Part shown: one piece after another, positions 54,251 to 64,000 of the stretch
Position numbering within the stretch: position 1 is the stretch's first letter
Layout: each line of letters opens with the position of its first letter
From: Octopus vulgaris
Taxonomy: Eukaryota
NCBI GenBank assembly: GCA_951406725.2
Contig: OX597834.1
Span: forward strand, 4,588,001 to 4,652,000
DNA: 64,000 nucleotides
Direction: 5' to 3'
Program-made: the position numbers and the translations under genes
Notes under the pieces: model-generated
Told to the model about the DNA's origin: nothing
Seen by the model: only the letters and a program-made list of their open reading frames with translations
Databases searched by the model: none

Positions 54251-56272
54251 TTATTTAATATAGGTTAAAGGAATGTTAGATACTCTTAATTTGTGATTCA
54301 AACAGAGGTCATTTATCTGATAACACTGATTTGAAGCATTGAAAGACAAACAACCAAAAACAAAAAGACAAACAAAATTATTTCATGTGAAATACTTTCA
54401 ACAAAGATTGAGTGACTGCAAATGATAGTGGGAGAGAAAGCGAGGGTAGAGCGACAGGACGCGACTTTAAAAAGACAAATATAAAGAAAACTTTTCACTG
54501 TAAAACTGGCATCCGTAATTGGCATATATTGTGTGCTTCAGGTGTGTTACACAGTGTGTAAGCAGATAAATGTGTGTGTTGTTTAGTGTGTGCGTGATGG
54601 TATATATGAAGGTGGGAAAAAGCGGATCTCAAATAAATTCTGATTGTTTTCTTTTATATTTCTTTCATTTCTTTGTTTATTGGTTCTTTTGTTCTCCAAT
54701 GTATTGTTATGGACGGATTATTAAAAATGTGATCAGGAAATTTATTACTTCTAAACCATAGTTTCAGTTAGCTAGTTTAACAATTAGCAATAAAGCATAT
54801 CATGAAATGGCTGTCAGCAGAAGAAATATTAGTCATAGGACTCTGTATTTAAATAATTTCGTTCGTTTTCAATTTTATTTTCTGTTAATGCTTTTGTATT
54901 TATTTTTAATTTTGAAATATAACTGTTGTTTCTTTTAAAAATATTTTATGTTCTTATCTCTGTTCTTTATTTTAATGTTAATTTTAGATATTTATTATCA
55001 CAAATTAGAATAGCAAATTAGAATATTTACTATTGCGGTAGGTTGACAGAATCAGTAGATCGTTGGAAAAAGTAGTTTTTAGGAAGGTTATTTACGGTTT
55101 AAATTCAAATTCCGCGGGATTCACCTCACTTTGTTGTCAGACTAGAGTCGTTAGCATAAAGTATAATACAAAATACTTTGCGTGTGTTTGTAAGCAATAT
55201 TACATATCTTTTATCAGTGTAACAAATAGAGAGTTTAATTGACGAGTCGTTCATTTACATTCTCGACAAGCTGCTACATTTTATTCTTGACAAAATGTTA
55301 ACCACTCCAAGATTCAATGTACCTATTTCTAAAATTACGATGCATAATATTGGAAAACAATTGACTCTTCCGAACGGACATTCGCACTATGAGATCGGCA
55401 CCATTCAACCAGTATTCTGCTTTGTAGAAACATCTGAATTGAAATTTAATGAAGTTATATTTTTGTTTCTTTTGTTTCATTGGAATCTAAGACAAATCAG
55501 CAAACATGATTACTGTGAAATAGAAATTTTCTAGTACAGTGCAACTTCATGGGTTTGTAAGCATCTTATCTAAAAAGAAATTCTTTCTCTTGTATGTTCC
55601 TTCTTAATCGAAGACTGTCTTTTCAGATTTTACTGTACAAACAGGAAACGAAATCACTCATTTCTTTTATCCAATTCTTTTTCCGACTTAAAATTCCCAC
55701 TAGTAATAGATTGCTTTCAATTGCTACAAACAAATTTGTCTATTCACAAATACACCTATCCGAATGACCAAATATGCAGTGATCAACTAGGTAAATTACT
55801 AAACTATTATGGAAATTCAGTTCAAATCTTGTGCGAATATTTCGATGCATTTTTAGGAAAGTACCATATTTTCTATGGTTTCAACAGTTTGAAACATGAA
55901 ATTGTACGGCAGCATTTTCAGGCAATTGTTAATAAGTCTCTCTGATAATGTACTAGCTTTATTGTCTAGGTTGAATTGACCATGAAACTATGGTAGAGAC
56001 AGGGACAGTTTAAGATTTGCTTGGCTCTCGTCTGCTTTGGCAATAGTCAACATACAAGGCGCTACATTTAGAACTTTATCTCTCAGCCATGATTTAATTC
56101 TCTCCTCCTACCCGCACATTAAACAATATTCATTTCATATTAAATCCCTCTCCAGCTCGCTAACTCCAATTGTATCATTTGAAATTCAGCCATCTTTTCA
56201 ATATAACTTTAAAAAAAAATCATTTGTGTCACAAAATAATAATTTCCGTCAAACACAGTATACTGTAAATGT

Positions 56273-56656
56273 GTGGAGGCGCAATGGCCCCAGTGGTTAG
56301 GGCAGCGGACTCGCGGTCGTAGGATCGCGGTTTCGATTCCCAGACCGGGCGTTGTGAGTGTTTATTGAGCGAAAAGACCTAAAGCTCCACGAGGCTCCGG
56401 CAGGGGATGGTGGTGATCCCTGCTGTACTCCTTCACCACAACTTTCTCTCACTCTTACTTCCTGTTTCTGTTGTACCTATATTTCAAAGGGCCGGCTTTG
56501 TCACTCTCTGTGTCACGCTGAATGTCCCCGAGAACTACGTTAAGGGTACACATGTCTGTGGAGTGCTCAGCCACTTACACGTTAATTTCACGAGCAGGCT
56601 GTTCCGTTGATCGGATCAACTGGAACCCTCGTCGTCGAAACCGACGGAGTGCTTCC
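56273..56656 (+). mobile_element. tRNA-derived SINE family C (resembles octopus OR-type)
   Basis: Box A TGGCCCCAGTGG, box B GTTTCGATTCC; 11-bp TSD ACTGTAAATGT at 56262 and 56657. Confidence 0.9.
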
Positions 56657-57076
56657 ACTGTAAATGTATACTAACTATGTATTTGTCAGTTCCGAACCGC
56701 ATCCTTAAATAATTCTTTACTGTATTCTGTACTCATAACAATCTGTTATTTTTGTTTAATTAATTTCCCAAATATCACACTAAAGCAATCATTCCATAAA
56801 CAATAGAACAATTCACATCAGTTTCTGACATTAATTAATTTATATGTTGCGTAATTATGGCAGCAATATTCTCCATTCAAAATGAATTAATCTAACTTAA
56901 ATTGTAATAGAAGCAAATACAACATAATTCGCATGTGATAACCCCCCCCCCCACCATTGCACGTAAAACAGTAAATCGCCTCATCGATGAAACCGCAAAA
57001 TCGGAATGAAAAAATTGTACTACTGGCCACAGATATAATAATTTAGTCTCGAAGAATTTGAATATATTATTAAATA

Positions 57077-57716
57077 CTAGCAGTATCGCCCGGCGTTGCT
57101 CGGGTTTGTAAGGGAAATAACTATATAAGCATTTTTAGAGAGTTATAGCAAAAAAATAGCAAAAAAATGCATTAAAAATGGAATAAAAAATGATGGTAAT
57201 TTTTTTTTAAATCGTTGACTCATCGTAGATATTTTTAGAGAGTTACTTCCCTTATATAATAGCGAAAAAATGCATTAAAATGGAAAAAATGATGGTAATT
57301 TTTTTTTTAAATCGTAGACTCATGTAGACGCTTTCTTAACCATTTCTGTTTTGGTGTCTTCAAGCCATGAAGTCGTTGTTCTAAAAGAACGCTGGTCTCC
57401 TTGACAACGCATTACGACGTTGATTTCCTTACACTCCCTTCCCCACAGGTGCAGGTGTTTGAGCGTGGACGCCAACTCCGCCGCCATCGACACACGAAAA
57501 AATATGCATTAAAATGGAATAAAAAATGATGTTAAATTATTTTAAAAATCGTAGACTCATCGTAGACGCGCGCTAATACCCAGACGGGCTCGATATGAAT
57601 CACGACTATAAGATACCCGAATTTGGTTAAACTGCACCGCAAAATGTGGGAGTAGTTAGGAATCTAAATCGAAGGGGACAGACACTCACACAACTACAGT
57701 TATATATATATATAGA
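57077..57716 (-). mobile_element. Non-autonomous Helitron
   Basis: CTAG plus hairpin at the left, TC terminus at the right; both ends match 2504-2896. Confidence 0.85.
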
Positions 57717-58663
57717 TTAGCAATTAATATGTACAACCATATTAATTAATCATAGGAAAAATACACCATTGGGTTGTAATACATTTTGTAATTTTTGCCA
57801 AATCGTATTCAAGATTTACCGATTCTTTTCCCCTCTGGAATAACACTATAAGCACCACTAGTGAGGTAAATCTATAATAAACCTCCGACCCGTTTTCTTC
57901 TTTTCATCAATTTTATCTCCGCCATGGCGTCCTAGTCCAGCTTCGTAAAATTTCTATAATTATACTGACTATTAAAATGTCCGACTATTAAAATGTCCGA
58001 CCTATCTGTCTTTATAAATATCTTTTCCACCTTTCGAGTACACGTACCGCGAGGTATAACCACACTAGATGACAGCCTCTCTTACTACCGACAATAAATA
58101 ATGGTATGTTATTCCACAACAGTAAGAGCTAGTATACGCGAGGCATCATCCTACAAGGGCTTCCTTTATTAAGCGGCGATTATAAAACACTGATTTCCAT
58201 GGAATTCAATGTTTCGAAGTAACATTGGTGATTTCTTACCTTTGAAACTCTAGAAAATACTTTCCCTTTTGTTATTCGAAATCCCTCTCTTCACCAAATG
58301 CGTGTAAATTAAAAAGGAGTCGATTGCAAATCTTCCCTTCAGAGTTCATTTTGAATTTAATCCACTAACAATTGATTTAGTAACGGAACTCACATCACTC
58401 AGTACACTGTGCATACTCAGGTTATAGATATATTAATATGTCTAAACAACAAGCGGGGTCCAACACATATGACAATAAGTCTGTTTCATCGGGGATGAAG
58501 ATGTGATAAACAACAACAAAAACAAGCAATAGCCTAACAATAATTCTTTCGTTGCGAGATTCTGTCAGTCTTGTATATATTTCACTTAATCCAGGGAATG
58601 TTCAAAATAAATAGCGGTAATAAGCTTTACCGAGGCGAATTACAACAACAATAAATTACAACA

Positions 58664-58990
58664 GGTGAGGGCGCGTGGCTTAGTGGTTAGGGCATTCGGC
58701 TCATGATCGTAAGGTTGTGAGTTCGATTCCCGGCGACGCGTTGTGTCCTTGAGCAAGACACTTTATTTCACGTTGCTCCAGTCCACTCAGCTGACAAAAA
58801 TGAGTTGTACTTGTATTTCAAAGGGTCAGCCTTGTCACTCTCTGTGTCACGCTGATTATCCCCGAGAACTACGTTAAGGGTACACGTGTCTGTGGAATGC
58901 TCAGCCATTTGCACGTTAATTTCACGGGCAAGTTGTTCCGTTGATCGTATCAGCTGGGACCCTCGTCGTCGTAACCGGCGGAGTCTTTAA
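58664..58990 (+). mobile_element. tRNA-derived SINE family D sharing its 3' half with family C
   Basis: Different tRNA head followed by GTGTCCTTGAGCAAGACAC; TSD AAATTACAACA. Confidence 0.9.
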
Positions 58991-59389
58991 AAAATTACAA
59001 CAATAAATCCATACAGAATTTGATTTTAGTAAAAATAAAAGTTTTTCATTTTAATTTCAATTATTTTTAAAAACATTATGTATGGCACTGATATCGCTAA
59101 AGTTGTTAACAAAATGAAAAGAAGCTAACTGCACGTTCCGAAATATTTCAAATATTGAAAAATACAAAAGTACCAATTAATTATTTGAAAGTTTGTACGT
59201 AATAACAGAGTCAGATATCTTCGATTCAGCAGGCATCTCACTGTAATCAGTGTCAAAGTTGGTGTTTATTACAAGAGTTTAACATTTTATGTCTATTCCT
59301 ATGGATAAAGGAAGCCTCATAAATGTTATCGCTTTAAATAAACTTTTTTCATTCATCTGTTATTTCCTTTTGATTTTGGTTTTGTGTAG

Positions 59390-59476
59390 TTCTTATGCAA
59401 CAACTATCTCATTTTCCTGTAATAACACTGTTAGAACCAACTGGGTATTATTAATTTGCGAGTTATATCATGGAAG
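59390..59476 (+). CDS. Candidate exon of an unknown gene
   Basis: T-rich acceptor ..TTTTGTGTAG, strong donor AAG|GTAAGA, ATCATGG near the end; no homology recognised. Confidence 0.3.
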
Positions 59477-59805
59477 GTAAGAGTATTTCAAGTTTATAGA
59501 AAAAATACTTTGAACTACCAGCCATGTTTTCTCCCAATATTATCTCTTGTATTTATTACACATTTCATAAGCTGAGAAAAAAAAGTATATTTCCTAAATG
59601 TAATTACATAACAGTGTGTCAGACAAGGCATTTTTTCTTTTCATTTTATTTCTCTATGTTTACTTGTCTGTAGTTAAAGCATGGTAGGGTGCTGGATTTC
59701 TCGTCGTTATTCAATTACTCGATTCCAACAAATACATTACAATGTTTCCCCGTTTTCTATTTGTTTTTATAAAGCATTTTCTCTTCTATCACTCAATCTT
59801 TCCAG

Positions 59806-59853
59806 ACGATATCTTCAGGATGTCGGCCGCCTATCTGAATGCACATCGATTTG
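59806..59853 (+). CDS. Candidate 48-bp exon
   Basis: Acceptor CTTTCCAG, donor TTG|GTAAAT; GC-richer than its flanks; stays open when spliced to 59476. Confidence 0.35.
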
Positions 59854-59982
59854 GTAAATAATCAAAAGAAAAACAAAATTTAAACCTCAGTACGAATTTT
59901 AATGACCGTCGTTTAGAATAAAGTGTTACTCACGTGCATAATTAGTTTTTACGTTAATAAAAATTCTGAAATAACATTTTAA

Positions 59983-60320
59983 ACCAACCACATGGTTCCG
60001 GGTTCAGTCCCACTGCGTGGCATCTTGTGCAAGTGTCTTCTGCTGTAACCCCGGGCCGACCAATGCCTTGTGAGTGGATTTGGATATATATATATATGTG
60101 TGTGTGTTTGTGTGTCTGTGTTTGTCCCCCTAGCATTGCTTGACAACCGATGCTGGTGTGTTTACGTCCCCGTCACTTAGCGGTTCGGCAAAAGAGACCG
60201 ATAGAATAAGTACTGGGCTTACAAAGAATAAGTTCTGGGGTCGATGTGCTCGACTAAAGGCGGTGCTCCAGCATGGCCGCAGTCAAATGACTGAAACAAG
60301 TAAAAGAGTAAAAGAGTAAA
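59983..60320 (+). mobile_element. SINE family B, 5'-clipped
   Basis: Direct match. Confidence 0.9.
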
Positions 60321-60633
60321 CATACCATCTGAACTACGGTTCTGAATATTCGACTTGTAATAGCTCCTAGGACAAACTATAAATGGATGTGGCTCGGGAG
60401 TATTATACATACATACGCATATACGCATCTAGAATTGCTTAGAAATACACACGCAGGTGTACATTTAATTAAAAATCACGCTTTCTTTCCAGTTAAAATT
60501 TAATATAATTTTTTAAGATTATTCTATGTCTAAATTCTGTTCTCCTTATTGTTTATCATTGTTTATCAAAGTAATATGAATTCATCTGCACATGTGTGTA
60601 AGCAGTTCTCATTACACCCGGGTTTATAATGAA

Positions 60634-61010
60634 CTAGCAGTATCGCCCGGCGTTGCTTGGGTTTGTAAGGGAAATAACTATAAAGCATTTTTAGAGAGTT
60701 ATAGCCAAAACATGGAAAAAAAAATGATGGTAATTTTTTTTAGTTAAAAAGGTCGAGTTGCGTCCCCTAGACAGTCTGTGGTTTGGGTTTCTGATTCTCG
60801 ACCCCATGTCGAATTTATCGATTTTTTTCAGAACTGGGGTAACTTTTCAAAATTTTCGCTGCGTTAGTTTTGAATTATGACATTGGGCTATGTGTGTGTT
60901 AAGTTTCATCAGAATCGGTTGAAAGCCGTGGTCAGGGTGAGGGTACAACCTAACAGACACACAGAAACACACACAGACAAACTGCCGTTTATATATATAT
61001 ATATAAGAGA
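60634..61010 (-). mobile_element. Non-autonomous Helitron, same 3' end but different 5' part
   Basis: CTAGCAGTATCGCCCGGCGTTGC terminus; body differs from the other two copies. Confidence 0.78.
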
Positions 61011-61526
61011 TAGATATATAGAGAGATAGATATATATATATATATTTTAACATTTAAAAACTAAAAAGAAATGCCTAAAACATTTGTCATAGAGCTGGCT
61101 GAGGGATGAAATGATTACAGCGGACAACAAAAAATTCTTTTGTCTTGCTATTTAAACTTTTCAGCTGATTTAGGGTAATTTTAGGATGCTAAATCCGAAT
61201 ATGACATCAGTTTTCAGACAGGACGTGTAGTTTCTTTAGTTATTCACAGCATCAGATTCTCCAACCAACTGATAATATTGACATGAATAGTCTTTCAATT
61301 TGCATCATTTTCTAAGAAGCATCATCAAAATGAACTTTATAGTATGCCGCACGGGCATATCAGGCAATTGAAAAATAAGACTGGATCATGAATTTTGTGA
61401 TGGAGCAGTCTCTGATTTAAGCAGACTCTTTTACTCTTTTACTTGTTTCAGTCACTTGCTTGCGGCCAAACAGGAGCATTGCCTTAACTATTCATTTAAA
61501 AATCATATTTTCAAATATGTAATTAG

Positions 61527-61948
61527 GCACAGGAGTGGCTGTGTGGTAAGTAGCTTGCTTACCAACCACATGGTTCCGGGATCAGTCCCACAGCGTGGCA
61601 TCTTGGGCAAGTGTCTTCTGCTATAGCCCCGGGCCGACCAATGCCTTGTGAGTAGATTTGGTAGACGGAAACTGAAAGAAGCCTGTCGTATATATGTATA
61701 TATATATGTGTATGTGTGTGTGTTTGTGTGTCTGTGTTTGTCCCCCTAGCATTGCTTGACAACCGATGCTGGTGTGTTTACATCCCCGTCACTTAGCGGT
61801 TCGGCAAAAAGAGACCGATAGAATAAGTACTGGGCTTACAAAGAATAAGTCCCGGGGTCGATTTGCTCGACTAAAGGCGGTGCTCCAGCATGGCCGCAGT
61901 CAAATGACTGAAACAAGTAAAAGAGTAAAAGAGTAAAGAGTAAAGAGT
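61527..61948 (+). mobile_element. SINE family B, full length
   Basis: Complete, with (GAGTAAA)n tail. Confidence 0.92.
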
Positions 61949-61991
61949 ATCTTAATAACGATTATGCTCCAAGCTTATACTGCCTATTACA

Positions 61992-62075
<84 letters not shown>

Positions 62076-63183
62076 AATCTAGCGATCGATCAAACTATAT
62101 ATATCTGTCTACCTGCCTGTCTGCCTGACTGTGTGTGTATGTGTGTGTGTGTGATAAAGTTTCATGAAAGAATGAAATGTAAAGAAAATTTAGTTTCGCG
62201 TGCACATCGCACACTTTTGTACTTGTTTTAGTCTTTATACTTCTCTTCAATCGATCATCTCTGGTTCACCGTAAGGCAATAATCTCGGATCCAGGTTACA
62301 TTTGTTCAAGCATAATTCTGTGTGTTGCATATAAATCCCATTAGGAAATGTAAATATTCGTCGAAATACAGCACAGCGTTACATGCACATTTACAACCAC
62401 CTGTCTACATACGTATATTTACTTACACACAGGCTCACACACAAGCTCACACACACAAGCTCATACACACACACACACACACACAACACACACAATTTCT
62501 AAATACTGTGAATCAAACTGAGAGAAAGCAGTGTGTCATTAAAGCCGAGCTCTTTTCACGCAAAGTAAACGAAACTCATTATTTTCTTTAAAAATAAACG
62601 TTAATTTTTGTGTAAAGAGACAATTTCATATTTCTCTTCAGCTAAAAAAAAAATGAGATTCATTTTAGAAATATGCATTATGGTGAAATTAATTTTAAAT
62701 TAGATAAAAATTTATTTTATACGAAATTAGCCTTGTGTGCTAAATACATGATGTAAATTTATATCAGTGACAATGAATATATTAAAACTATTTCATGAGT
62801 TAATTTAATTGTGTATGCATTACAAATAACCTGGCTGCTGGGACATAATTCAACTTAGACTTTTGTTTGTTCATTTGTATCATAATTATATATAGATAAG
62901 ATTTAGCCGCGATTTCTGTTAGTTTTATCATTTTGAATTGAAGTAATACGTGTCTTCAGATTAATTTCATAATACATGGCAAAAGACATATTGAGTGAAT
63001 TATTGAATCGATAAAAAGAATTGCGCTTTGGTTGAAATCTTTTATGGTTTCTAGCATCAAGATTGAAAGTGTCCGGTTTAATTAAATAATTTCATATATA
63101 AACAAAAATTGAATCTCTTAATACCAGAGCAAAAAAAAAAAAAAAGTGGTTGAAATAAGTTAATATATTACAAGTGATTAATG

Positions 63184-64000
63184 CGGCCAGCTGGCAGAAT
63201 CGTTAGCACACTGGGGGGGAAATGCGTAGCCGTATTTCGCCTGCCGTTACGTTCTGAGTTCAAATTCCGCCGAGGTCGACTTTGCCTTTCATCTTTTCGG
63301 GATCGATAAATTAAGTACCAGATACGCACTGGGGTCGATGTAATCGACTTAATCTGTGTGTCTGTCCTTGTTTGTCCCCTCTGTGTTTAGCCCCTTGTGG
63401 GTAGTAAAGAAATAGGTATTTCATCTGCCGTTACGTTCTGAGTTCAAATTCCGCCGAGATCGACTTTGCCTTTCATATTTTCGGGATCGATAAATTAAGT
63501 ACCAGATACGCACTGGGGTCGATGTAATCGACTTAATCTGTTTGTCTGTCCTTGTTTGTTCCCTCTGTGTTTAGCCCCTTGTGGGTAGTAAAGAAATAGG
63601 TATTTCATCTGCCGTTACGTTCTGAGTTCAAATTCCGCCGAGGTCGACCTTGCCTTTCATCTTCTCGGGATCGATTAAATTAAGTACCAGTTACGCACTG
63701 GGGTCGATGTAATCGACTTAAACCTGTTTGTCTGTTTTTGTTTGTCCCCTTCTGTGTTTAGCTCCTTGTGGGTAGTAAAGAAATAGGTATTTCATCTGCC
63801 GTTACGTTCTGAGTTCAAATTCCGCCGAGGTCGACTTTGCCTTTCATCTTTTCGGGATCGATAAATTAAGTACCAGATACGCACTGGGGTCGATGTAATC
63901 CACTTAATCTGTTTGTCTGTCCTTGTTTGTCCCCTCTGTGTTTAGCCCCTTGTGGGTAGTAAAGAAATAGGCATTTCATCTGCCGTTACGTTCTGAGCTC
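63184..64000 (+). mobile_element. SINE family A tandem array (~184-bp period), running off the window
   Basis: Unit starts at 63233, 63417, 63601, 63788 and 63972; only the first has the box A head. Confidence 0.92.

Noticed and set aside
63184-64000. Regularly spaced repeats as a CRISPR array
   Set aside because: Whole ~184-bp units repeat with no unique spacers; they are SINE bodies in eukaryotic DNA.

Overview
AT-rich eukaryotic DNA, very rich in microsatellites and transposons. The SINE set, the (TA)n/(TATC)n/(TACA)n load and the LINE remnants point to Octopus (inference from recognised repeat families, not a search). Almost every ORF in the supplied track is a microsatellite or SINE artefact, and no intact protein-coding gene is present. 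Recognisable content: four tRNA-derived SINE families (one forming head-less ~184-bp tandem arrays), three non-autonomous Helitrons, a pogo/Tigger-like MITE, a decayed Tc1/mariner transposase, 3' fragments of Tx1/L1-, CR1- and HERO-like LINEs, several decayed Penelope-like (PLE) RT and GIY-YIG fragments, a ~730-bp local duplication, and weak spliced-exon candidates near 59.3-59.9 kb. The main signal is a set of mutually dissimilar short elements, mostly in or beside (TA)n tracts, that carry type I hammerhead ribozyme folds with palindromic stem III. About nine are clear or lightly decayed, and several weaker ones exist. Several have an inverted (fold-back) 5' duplication or circularly permuted monomers of 440, 476 or 509 bp, and four share a downstream GRCTGCTWYTTYYAR motif. 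This looks like a PLE-pLTR/retrozyme-like self-cleaving RNA system. All RNA folds were paired by eye and need computational and experimental confirmation.
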